Notes under the pieces: model-generated
The model's database searches: none
Told to the model about the DNA's origin: nothing
Seen by the model: the letters and a program-made list of their open reading frames with translations, nothing else
Part shown: piece after piece, positions 27,740 to 39,502 of the stretch
Layout of the letters: each line of letters starts with the position of its first letter
How positions within the stretch are numbered: position 1 is the first letter of the stretch
Source of the DNA: Gnetum montanum
Lineage: Eukaryota; Plantae; Gnetophyta
Direction of reading: 5' to 3'
Assembly: GCA_015680685.1 (NCBI GenBank)
Contig: MNCI01002045.1
Location: 511,172 to 575,171 of the forward strand
DNA length: 64,000 nucleotides
Made by a program: the position numbers and the translations under genes

Positions 27740-30700
27740 GTGATGCTAAGGCCCATTTTGATTGTCCTAGAGATTGTAGGGATTCTGTGCTACCTAAGAG
27801 AACTAGTGGCCAATGTTCCTCCACCCCATGCACATGTGGGGTGAGAGGTGGTCTAGTTCCAGGAAGGTGTATGGGACTTCCTACACTTCCTCCTCCAATA
27901 CTTTAGTATGATCATTTGATCACACTTATCGGAGGAGGTAGCAGCAGTAATTACTGAAACCCTGTTGCCTGGGGCAAACCAGGGTATTCTGAAATTTCTA
28001 ATCGATGGAGTAATTAAGAGCAAGTAGGCAGAGGGATCCAGTCAGCACCTAAGAAGCTTGAGGCATCTAAGTTGGATCTGGGAAATGCCTGAATATAATT
28101 GCTACCACTTGTACAACATGTTGTTTATTGTCTGCCACATGGGAACCTATTTTCAGAACCCACCAGGAACAGTTTATTGTGTCGGTGGGTGAGTTTTGTA
28201 AGCATATTCCGGTACGTTGTGCGATGTGTGCTATGCTAGGCAAAAGAAAATGTTAACAGTGTATGTGCTCTTTTTGTTACCAAGTTTTATGCCAACAAGA
28301 GTGGGCTTCACAGTGATACTGATGCCTTAGCCTTGGCACAGATGGCACTGCAGGGGTTCCTTTGCTGAGAATATAGGCATCGGTGTGATAGGCCAGTGCG
28401 GGGATGAATACAAAACCTATTCATCCCGGTACTCCCAGTTTTACAACAGGTGTAAGGAGTTCGGTTGGTTGGATGGGGATTGGGCATCCCTTAGGCCAAT
28501 CACTGTTGAAGATGTGTTATTGAATCTTCCATCATTCCCATCGTCGTTCAAACCTAGTATGCTAGACTGTGATTTCATGTTTGCATGTTTGAGTGTTGTT
28601 CCTATTTTTTTTGCGATTTTTTTGTTTTGTTTAAGTTTTTGCTTTTTCCTTTTGTAAACTACTACAGTGGTGAAGAAATCCCAGGAGGTGACGGTGATCA
28701 CCTCTGAGTATAACGAGGCTAATATTTATTTTAAGTATGGGGAGGTAGAGGAGACCCAACGCTGGCTTTGCAACAAGGCCCCGAAATCGCTCACCAACAA
28801 CCTTTGGGATGATGGGCTAATGGAATTGTTCTTAGCCATGAACCCAAGCATCCCTGTTGTTGAGATCCTTTTCCTAGCTAAGTATTCTGAAAGAGTAGAT
28901 GACTTACGGTGTGTTTTTGATCCTTGAAATTAATGACTAGCTATTTGCTGATCTCTTCAGTGTCCCTACTGATGGTCTCCCCGTAGGAGCAAAGAACAAA
29001 AAGGAGGCAACCCATCAAGGGGACATTGAGTGGCTAGGGAAAGTAAAAGGATGAAAGGATATCCCTATTGAAGTGGCCACGCTGAAAGTGGCAAAAATGG
29101 TTTACCTCATCTTCCGTTCTGATGCTTTCCCCAAACTACTATCCCAAGAGAAGATCATTGGGATTGAACAAGCTTGGGTAATGAAAGAGGTCATGGAAGA
29201 GGGGGCCTATTACAACTGGGCCAAACATCTTTGCAAAGGTCTGTAGGCTGAAATGGTCAAGCTTCATAAGATGCTTGAATCCCATTTCAATGTGCATCAT
29301 GCCTTCTATGTAGCCTGCCTGTGGTGCTTCATGGAATTCTTGGTGATCCGTGAGAATGGAGTCTGGGTGATGCAAAATTGTAACCAGATTTCCAAACCAT
29401 GGATTTGCCAAGTCTTCCGCACCACTCGATCCCAGGATCCCCGAGAAGCTACTATGGAGTCATTTTCAATGATGACTACGGATCGGGTGGCCCACAACTT
29501 CTGTGGCCAGGACAGCATAGGAGAGGTTCCCCCTGCTACTACAAGTAGTGTATCAAAGGGGAAATGCCTCATTGCGGAGACGTTGGCCACCAAGTTGTGG
29601 CAAAAGAGGTCTTGTCTGGTTGAGGAATCTCCCTGCGTGGATGAAAAAGGGGGGCAGAGATTGTGGTTCAAGCTCTATAGAGTACAACTTCCTATCGGTA
29701 AGTGCATATTCTTTACGTTTTTTATTTTTCCTATTTGGTTAATGCTTGCTATGCTGTGCTATGCTAGGTAGCGTAGCACAATGTAGCATCTATTTCAAGT
29801 TAGTCTACTTTTTCCTAATGTGAATACGCTTTGCTACTAGAGGAAGAAGGAGAAGAGGTGATGTCGCCCAAAATGGGGACAACTAATAAAGATGCATGGG
29901 ACCCAACCATAGAGGAAAGGGCTTGATCAAGAAAGAAGGAGCTCTTGCCGTAAAGGAAGGGGCTCCCATTGATGAGAAAAATGCTCCTTCTGATGAGGAG
30001 GACATTTCTACCGATGAGTAGGACTCCCCTGCTAATGAGGAGGACACTCCTATGGATGAGGAGGATGCTGGTGCCACAAAGAGAAGGTCCTCAGTAAATA
30101 AAGAAGAGGCCCTTGTCAACCGGGAAGGGACCTCTATCAATGATCCCTTTTGCTGAATGTAGTTCAGCACCGAAGGAGCAGATGGACGTAGAGGGTGCTG
30201 CCATGGTGTTAAGTCAGCAAGAAGGAGGGGAGCTACAACTAGATGCTAGTGAGTTTGATTACATATTCGATAGTATGTTGATGGGCAATGCCCCTACTAT
30301 TACCCCTGAGGGTTTGCTGGGTAGGATCCCTTACATTGTCATTCGCGTTACTCGTCAACTTTTTTGTAGTCCTATTGGTCATAACTAACACATTTTGTCA
30401 TGTGGCAGACACCATTGTTGACATTGCAGGTCCTTCTTCGATCTGCTTGTGACCATGGGCTGAGACCCCTAATAAGTTTGAGTTCATGCAAGGGGTGGTC
30501 GATGACATGATCGATCGTCTAAAGTAGGTTGATCCAGAAGTGGGTGAGTGAAGTAGCTATGCTAGGCTTTTAACTTGCTACGCTAGAACTTTTGGATTGC
30601 TAAAATTTGCTACGCTACTATGACTAATGCATTTTTATGTGCGGTCGACAACCTCTCACCTCAAGTGAGACCCGAAACAAGTAGTCAAGGTCGATGCTGT

Positions 30701-31641
30701 GCCTGCATTCCCACCGAAAGTGACCAAGGTGCCTCGTGACATATATGACGAGGCTAGCGAATGTGCATTGTACTCGACATGCTCCTTGTGGGAGTGCAAG
30801 TGTGTAAACGAGGACCTATGGAAATGGGTCCAGAAGCTTGATAAGGAGAAGACCAATCTGACTGCTGAGGTGGGAGACCTCCACTCCAGGAATGAGTTCC
30901 TATTGGCCTGGGATACCAAAGATGGAAGCTGGTGCATGACTGTCATTGATTATGCAAGATATTGGATGGCCGTGCAGCGCAACAATGAGGCCACATGCGA
31001 AATAATTGAGCAGTGAATGCAAATGGACTTGTTGGCTGAGAAGAACCAGGATTGGAAAGATTATAGCGCAAGGGTTTACAAGTGGGGGCAGTCCTAGAAA
31101 AACCACAAACATATGTATAAATTGGAACGTGCCACCTACTGTAAACAATACCGGGATGCTTCAGTGAAGTTGTATACTCATGAAGCATTCCTAGATGCCA
31201 TTGGTGCTTCTAAGGCTTACAAAAATTTCATGCAACAAGTGATGGTCAGTGAATCCCTTTCGTAGGAAGTGAGTCTTCCCACAGGTGAGACTACCACTAC
31301 CTCCTTTTCTCTAGGATCACTGAGATGGATGGCTATTGAAAAGGAGAAGGTTGCAGCAAACACTGTCTTGGAAGATAGGCACTAGGCCAACATTACTGAA
31401 GAGGAGATCTGGCAACACCTCAGGACTAGTTTGGATCAGATACCCCTTGAGATAGATGCGGGGCTGTTTTAGGTTAGTCACTCTCTACGATGCAACAATT
31501 TGTTTTACTCTGGTTTTTATCATGATTCTAGCTGACTACTTCATTTTCTATGATGCAAATTTTGGATGAAGAAGCAAGGCCCTCTCAGGGCAGGAATAAT
31601 AATGTAGAGGAAGATGATGTCAAGGAAGATGATGTATGATA
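27740..31641 (+). pseudogene. Antisense multi-exon accessory gene of C (PMD/plant-transposon-protein-like domain, acidic tract, coiled coil)
   Basis: DDGLMELFLAMNPSIPVVE..LADLFSVPTDG..GAYYNWAKHLCKGL. Donors at 28189, 28557, 29698, 30321, 30544 and 31473 are followed by T-rich ~90-140 bp introns. Contains stops. Confidence 0.8.
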
Positions 31642-31786
31642 GCAAGGGGTCTTATTTGTATTTTTGGAAAACTATTGCAAACATTATTTAATTGAGACTT
31701 TGAATGGAAAATGAATGATGACTAGATTAGTTTTATTCTAGTTTGTGTATCATCTATGCTGTTCATCTTTACATTTTTTTTGTCTT

Positions 31787-32152
31787 CTTAGTTTTAGGCC
31801 ATTTTGAGCCGTGGTCATGTGATAAGAACAAGAGTTTTTTTTTTTTCCTTTTTGTCTCAAAAATCTAGTTTTAGGCCTTGGCGGGCCGTAGTGATAGTTT
31901 AAGGCCATTCCGAGCTGTCGCTAGTTTTAGGCCATTTCGGGCCATGGTGTAAACGCGGGGCCAAGAATTTTGCCAATTTTAGGCCTTAGCGGGTGGTGAC
32001 GTAATGTAAGTGGAAAATTTTACTGGTTTAGGCCTTAGCGGGCCGTGTGTAGTTTTAGGTCATTTCGAGCCCTCGAATGATGGTGAAGAATAAATTTTGC
32101 TAGTTTTAGGCCTTAGCAGGCCATAGGTAGTTTTAGGCCATTTCGGGCCATG
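31787..32152 (-). repeat. Hairpin-motif array after the protease of C
   Basis: About 10 copies of TAGTTTTAGGCC(N6)GGCC on +. Confidence 0.88.
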
Positions 32153-32299
32153 TGACGATGTAAATGGAGAATATGTGAATGGTTTAAAAGGATAAGTTAG
32201 GCACCTAGCATAGATGAATGGATGTGAAGCAAATAAGAAATAAATATACAACGAATGTTAACCGGGTAGAAAGCAATGGAGTTGCTACGCTATACACAA

Positions 32300-35200
32300 C
32301 TACTTTCTAACCCATCGTGGATTTGGTGAGACATAAGGCTGAGGAGCTTTACTATAACATTCTTCTGCATTGTCTTCTTCTTCTTGGAAAGGCAACTCGG
32401 CCCATGCATTTTCATTTTCTAAGCCAGCGTGTCGGGCCGACTCTTTCATTAAATAGTTAGTGTCGATGGAGATAGGCGCCTCGTTCTCAGAGGTTATGAC
32501 CTTCGAACCTTGCTCCATATCTACATTGTTTATTACTTGCGTTGCCACCTCATCGCCATGGATTAACACCTCCCTACCTGCATAGGGTAGATGAATTTCC
32601 TGATGTATGGGTGAAGAGATGGTCCTAAGTTGGGCTAACCATGACCTCCCCAAGATTAGGTTAAACCCGGGAATCTCTTCCACAACGATAAACATTGCAT
32701 TGATGGGAAATTGGTCCCCTGCCACAAATTCGATGTGGACAGTGCCTTTCACCATGACCCGTGCCCTGTTGAATGGCTTCAAGCATGACGTTTTCATGGG
32801 TTTGATTTGGTCTACCAAACCCAGCTTATCCACAATGGGGAATGGAATGACATTTGTAGCAGCCCCATCATCAACGTGTACCCTTTGGATCTTATGTTGG
32901 CCAACCGGAATTGTGATGAATAGGGGTACTGTAGTCACCTAACCCTTTTCAGGGTCTTCCCTACTGGAATCATCACATAATGTCAATTGGGATAGCTTCA
33001 ATTCTCTAAGCGTATAAGGAAGGATAATTAAGTGAATTGCTTTCTCTTTTGCTGGCATGTTCTTGTCAACTGGTATTGCTGTTAACATGCGAACCAGAGC
33101 CTTACGGTGTGTAGTGGAAGTCATAATTAGGTCATACAGGCTCAACGTTGTGTTTTTTTGTTTTAGAGCCTACTTGACTTGAGTTAGAGCACTTAAGAGG
33201 TCTGGGCCACCTTCATGTTGTTTATTGCCTTTCTCCTCTTCCATTCATCCTAGGAGGAAAATTTCCCAAGGAGGGATAGTTTCGGGTCTGGGGTCAGACC
33301 CTTTTAGACGAGGTGGCGATGACCGTGCATGCGTAGCAGCACTATCTTTTGGTGACGAGGACATAGATGCAGAGGGTAGGGGCGTAGGCTTGGAAGAACT
33401 TGGGACGATACATTTTGTTGCTGCCTCACCTATCAAACGCTCTTCTCGTTTCCTTGGACTAGAAGGTTGTTGTTATGTCTTATGCAGGGTGGGGGTGGTT
33501 GAGTGGCTTGGCCCCCTGATGACGAATGGTGTTTGCGGTGTTAGTACAGGTAGTGGTGCGGTCTTGTTTATAGGAGGTGCGAGGGTGGATGTCTGAGGAG
33601 GGACTCTCAGGATAAACGGTTGCTGCATGTTTTTCTTAGCCGTTGGTGGTGTTGGCGTGCTACGCTAAGGCACACGAACCAAAAATGGCTATTGGGGCTA
33701 TTTGGAATTACTGTCTATGCCGATAGTGTTGATGATGTAACTGGTGTTATTGGCGTTAAGTGGATCTGTGTAGACATGCATAGATTGATTTTCGGAATGC
33801 ACTAGGTTGCTTTCATCTAGAACCAACTTCCCTTGATTAATCATTCTTTGAATGTCATCCTTTAACACCAAATAGTAATTTGTGTCATGATCACATAGTT
33901 GGTGGTAGTCATAGAATCGTTCCAGCCTGAAATTTTTAGGAACTAGGGGTTCATTGGGCAAAGCCAAGGAGGGGTTCCTATGGATTTCGTAGTATCGTTG
34001 ATGCCTTTTGGCTACCTCCTCTGACATTTGCTTGTGTTTAATGTACCCCATCCCCAGTAATTGCTTTAGAAGTTCTAAAGGCTTAACAGGTAACGGGGTA
34101 TACTTAGAGCGATATTTACGCTCGAAGTTAGGCTTAGGAGGGGTATATGCTTTGGGTGCCGATGTGGAGGGTTGAGTAGCATTATTTTGTGTTGATGTAG
34201 GGTTAGTCGGTGCAGTGGCCGCCTTCTTGTTATTTTTGTTGTTGGGGTTAGCTTCATTTGTCATAGTGGCCATTGTGGCTGTTGCAGCCTTGTCTTTATC
34301 TTTGTCCTTCTTTGTAAACATGTTCTTGTATGCAACATAGGCCGAATCTTTGCTTTCCTCAGCCGCATCTTGTATGCTCTTGGTCTGGGAAAAAGCCTAA
34401 CTATGAGTCCATGGAGCGAGGTAGTACAGTTTGGACTTAATGAAGTCATTCACTACAACCTTAAAGATGGCCAGCAGATGGGCCTCTGTGATGGTCTCGC
34501 AGATCTCATTAAGGGTAGCGCTCCACTGCTAAATAACTTTCTGGATTGGTTCCAGTGGATCTTTCTTCATGCTCATTAATTGATTCAGCATAAAATTAGG
34601 TCTCAAGTTATACTTGAAACTAGTTACGAACTGAGTTAATAGTTCTTCTAGGGTTGAGATAGAGGAGCGTGGGAGTGCGCAGTACCAGTCCAAAGCCTTG
34701 CTCGTCAGAGACATAGCAAAGAAGCAGATGATGGTATGCGGCCATTGTTGCAATAGAAGGGACTCAGATCTTAATGTAACAAGATGTGCATTGGGATCAC
34801 CCTCCCCATTGTATTTTGTGAAGTGGGGGAGTGGAATCTTGGGGGTAATGTTAGGATGGGGACTACCGGGCTAATGGGATCGTCATGGTAGAAATCCATA
34901 ACTTGTACCGTGTCAGAACCGACAGCTTTGAGGCATCGAACCTCTTCACTAAGGGTTTGGATAAAGTTGAAATGCTTGATCCAGACCTAGGGGCAACGTA
35001 GATGGTTGTGAAGCTACATGGGTAGCCACCATTGGTGGCATAGTAGGGGCAGTAGCCTGGCTCATAGGTAGTTTCGTTGAGGTGGCCCCTATGAAAGGTG
35101 CTACTTGTGCTGTCCACCACCCAGTGGGTGGTGCTGTTGGAGCAGTAGCCACTGATGGTGCCGCGGGATAAGCTGTTTGTGTGGCCAGTGGAGAAGACCA

Positions 35201-36060
35201 TAGTCTGGTTCTTGGTTGTACCATTTGTGGGACTTGGTGCATTTGATGGTGAGCGTAGTGAGACATTTGCGAAGGTTGCGAAGCAGGGGGGAAGTGAATG
35301 GTGTCCATCACGTGGGTTGGACTGGGCCCACCATTGATGGTGGGACGTGTGTAGACACCAAAATGGGAGTAGAGACTGCATTCAATTGTGATGTAGGTCC
35401 TGTATGGACGTAAGGTAGGGTAGCAGTGATCAGTACGTGGTACGATGCAGTAATGGATTCAGAAAAGAATTACAGGGGGATAGTGCCTGGAAATGAGATG
35501 GGAGAATGGAAGTATTGATACGCTGAGGGCATGGCATGGCTACCCATTGCTAATGGAACTACAAGTTGCGACGATGCGGACGCGATCATAAAGGGAGCAA
35601 CGGTCAAGAGTGGGTTCAACTAGAAAGATGGGGTGGGAAGGATGGTGGCAGGGTTGGTTTGAACCCCACCCTTGTACTGGGAATCTAGATCCTCTTGCCC
35701 ATCTTGAAACGCCTCGTCATAGTGAGATGCGGTGTCTCATAGCTCCCTAGGCCTAGTTGTCCATATCAGTTGATCTAAGATGCACTGATACGTTTGCGTC
35801 AGCGGAATGGAAAGGCCTGGAGTGGGAATAAATTCACTCCCATTACGATAAAGGAACTCAAAGGTATGTTTGTCTTTGAGTTTATGGGTGTCTAAGGGCA
35901 GATTCTCCTGGGCCTTAGTGTAGAGGAAATTGTAAAGTTCGGTTTGCTGCACCAAGCTCTCAGGTGATTAGTCTTGAATCCTGAGAGATCGGTGTAGCTC
36001 TTGCACTGGGTTGAGCGGTTTCTTGGCACCTGAGATGCCCTGAACCAAAAAAGGGACCTC
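32300..36060 (-). pseudogene. gag-protease of C
   Basis: KALDWYCALPRSSISTLEELL, DYHQLCDHDTNYYL, RVHVDDGAATNVI, FNLILGRSWL. ORF ends WVRK-stop at 32300. Confidence 0.92.
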
Positions 36061-36319
36061 AACATTAGAGATAGCAATAGCAGTGGTTTAAGAAATCATT
36101 TTCCTAAGGTCAAAAAGGGTTTGCAAGCAAGAAAAACAAAGAGATCGAGAGGCGATCGAAGGATTTTTGTTTACAGGATTCCAAAGGAACCATTGTTGTG
36201 ACCAGCCTGTACCACACTGTGCATAAACAACCGCAAGGGTGTCACGTTTACGCTAATAGGTAACAGGGTACAGAGAGCGTGCAGGACTACTCGTGAGACA
36301 TAAAAAGGGGCACAAAAGG

Positions 36320-36336
36320 CCCTTCTTCTAGTGCCA
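36320..36336 (-). other. Primer binding site (tRNA-Asn-like) of C
   Basis: Minus strand TGGCACTAGAAGAAGGG vs the recalled complement of the plant tRNA-Asn(GUU) 3' end, TGGCGCTAGAAGGAGGG. Confidence 0.8.
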
Positions 36337-36342
36337 GAAAAA

Positions 36343-38179
36343 TGGAGTGACCAAAAATGTTGGTGGCTAGAAACACCGAGAGGTTGCCAAGTGAATAGTT
36401 TACTCCTGGATTTGTGTGAGGGCTATGCTGGATAAAACGGAAGTGGGGCGCCCTGAACGATCTGGTCAATCAGACAGGGACTTAATTAGTGTAACTTAAC
36501 CTTACATGAACGTTGTTTTAAATGCTAAATATGCGAGTTATAGTGATGATTAATAAATGTAGGAATAAAGAAGATAATGCTAAATAATGATAATAATGAA
36601 GAAATAATAGAATAAGCTGGGGTAAGGAAATGCACTGCCGAAAAATCACAGGTTCAATTTTTTGCATCGTTAATGTATAAGAAGTTATACAACGCTGAAG
36701 GCCCACAAAGAGTTCAAGAATGACCAGAATGCTCAAAATGTGCCAACTATGGTTTGGAGTGAGAATTTAAAAGCCAATAGTGTAAAAATGCCAATGCAAA
36801 GAGCCAATGCCAAATGCCAATGCCAAATGCTAATCCAAAATTGCCAACAATTGCCAACCACTCTCTTCAATGCAAAAAATGCTACTTCTTTCTACAAAAA
36901 AGGTAACCAAATTGCCAACCCTTTGAGCATTGCTTGTTGGGGTATTTATAGGGCTAGGAGCAAGTGAGAAATGAGGCTTGGATGCCACATGTCCTGGACC
37001 CACGATATGCTAACGTGCCCATACTGCAAAGATGTGCAACGCCGGTTGTGAACTTGCTATGCTGTAACTATGCTATCAAAAAATGCACATGCTAGAATTC
37101 AGTATGCTAATAATGCAAGCAAGAAATGAATCACATTGAAGTAGCATAGTTGCTTGCTACGTTGTGCTACGCTATGTAGCGTAGCATATTGGCGTAGTGT
37201 AGTTGGTTGTAATGCTATGCTATGCCATGTAGCGTAGCACATCATAGCCACTGATTTAAATAGAAAACTTGCATTGGAGTGAACAGCATTTTCCGAAAGC
37301 CTTGGCACACATCGGGTTAACTTTTGAAGCATTTTTATTTGGTTTTACATCTTTGCTACCTTATGCTACACTATGCTATGCTACGTAGCATAGCATAGCG
37401 CAGCAGCTGATTTTATCTACAATTTGTGTTGAAGTTGAAAACATTTGTTTGAAGCTTGATCATGCTAACAACTGCAACTTTTGCCCCTTGTGAAGGGAAG
37501 CTTTTGGACTTGCTGAAATTTCATTTGAAACACTTTCTACTGCTCTTATATTGTCACTATGCTGTGCTACGCTATGTAGCGTAGCACAACGTAGTAGCCA
37601 ACATATCCTGCTTTTTGTTCAATCTGCCACTTTCTAGTAAGAAACTTTGCTAAAGGACTTGAAGTCGAATAAGGAAACTAGTTTTGGAGGCTGGAGTGCT
37701 TACCGAGTGCAATTTCTTCATTGGAACCACTTGGTAAACTGGGCCTTTCTTATTTGCCTTTACTACGCTGTGCTACACTGCATTGTGTAGCATAGCATAG
37801 CATCTTGTTCTGCAATAGTTTGCACTTGATTTCCTGAACAATTATTTTCCAAGGCTTTCTATGCTACATAGCGTAGTGTAGCATAGCAAAATTTTCACTA
37901 GAAAACTTGTTGAACTATTTTGTCCATCTTGAGAACCATCGGAAACTCCTAGCATGGTTTTTGAGTAAACTGACAACCAGGTGAATTATCCAGGTGGGCA
38001 GGCCAGAGAGTCCATTGGGCTTGTTAGATCTAGAGGTAGAAAACATCCTGGACTGGATAGTCTAATCTCAGTGCATTCATTTCCTGTCAAACGATCATGA
38101 GGCTACACTTGTGGAAATCCTTACCTTAGTTCCAATACCCTGGTAAAGTAAGAGTGCCTCAAAATTTTATGGTGTTTCA
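36343..38179 (-). repeat. 5' LTR of C
   Basis: Collinear with 19470-21223. TATA CCTATAAATAC on minus at ~36942-36952. Confidence 0.95.
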
Positions 38180-38184
38180 CATAT

Positions 38185-39055
38185 AATGCATATCACATGG
38201 CCATTCCAATGTTACAGCCTAGACATCATCAAAGCCATAACACCTAAGTCCTCCATAGGCCATAGCTTCATAATAATCACAAAGGAATACTTTACCAAGT
38301 GGGTTGAAGCTGTTTCCCTTAGGAAGATGACATTGTAGTAGGTTTTTAAGTTTGTGTTAGATAAAATAGTGATCCATTTTGGCTTGCACATGATCATAGT
38401 GATGGAAAATAGATTATAGTTTAGTATCATAGAAACCAAAACATTTTGTGAGTGCTTTGGCATCAAGAACTCCTTTTCATCACCATATTACCCTTAGGAA
38501 AATGGCTAAGTGAAGGACACCAACAAGGTTATTATCAACCTCTTTAAGAAGATGCTAAGCAATAGAAAACAATGATAGCATGAACAACTAGTTTATACAC
38601 TATGGGCCTACCACATGATGCATCAAATAGCAATAGGTATAATGCCTTATAGCCTCATCTATGATTTTGAAGCAATTTTTCCACTTGAATTATAGGTTCC
38701 ATCGCTTCGGGTAATCCTCTCAGACTTCATTGATGAAGGTCAAAACAATGAGTTGAGAACTATAGACCTTAACTGAATAGAGGAGGAACACATGTGTATA
38801 CTTGATTGCATTGAATGGTATCAAGAAATGTAGCGACAAAAGCATCATCACAAGTAGCATTAGTGCTTGATTAGGAAAGGAGACCTAGTCTTCAAGGCCA
38901 TTCATGAACCTATGGATAAATTCTTAGCCAACTAGGAAGGGCCTTTCCTGGTCACTACAGCCTATGATAACGGAGCATTCAAGCTTACTGATCAAGATGG
39001 AAATGAGTTTGCCAATCTAGTAAACCATTTGCACTTGAAGCCGTACTATATCTAG
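38185..39055 (+). pseudogene. Integrase core and C-terminus of B (resumes after C)
   Basis: ITWPFQCYSLDII, EYFTKWVEAV, SSPYYP*ENG, EGPFLV, HLKPYYI-stop. Confidence 0.92.
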
Positions 39056-39091
39056 CATGCAACACCGCACATCAACAAAGCAAAGTAATCA

Positions 39092-39502
39092 TTCATCTAC
39101 TATGATGTTAAATTAGCATAGCTCATCAGCTTTGATGTTAGACTAGCATAGGTCATCTGCTACAATGTTAAACTAGCACAACTCATTCACTAAGATGTTA
39201 AACTAGCATAGAGGTCTGCTATGACTATAAACTAACAAAACTTGTCCCTAGGTTATGACATTAAACTAGCACAATGCATTCGCTAAGACTATAAACTGGC
39301 AGTCCACTGTAACTTTAAACTAGTAGTCCACCATGTTTCTAATGTGGCATAACATGTCCACTAAGATGTTAAACTAGCATAGAATAGTTCACTAGAACTA
39401 TAAACTAGCATAACACGGTTTGCCAAGACCTTAAACTATGCCTAATGGTCTACTAGGACCTTAATTTAGTAAAGTCATGGTCTAACAAGACCTTAAATTG
39501 GG
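39092..39502 (+). repeat. 3' UTR ~30 bp tandem array (hairpin + TAAACTAGCA) of B
   Basis: CATCTACTATGATGTTAAATTAGCA, GGTCTACTAGGACCTTAA and similar units. Confidence 0.9.

Larger units (their letters stand above)
19470..38179 (-). mobile_element. Full-length Tat-lineage LTR retrotransposon C (~18.7 kb) with 5-bp TSD CATAT
   Basis: TG...CA termini. CATAT at 19465-19469 and 38180-38184. LTRs 19470-21223 and 36343-38179. B's integrase reads ...PIELH|IMHITWPFQ across the junction. Confidence 0.96.
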
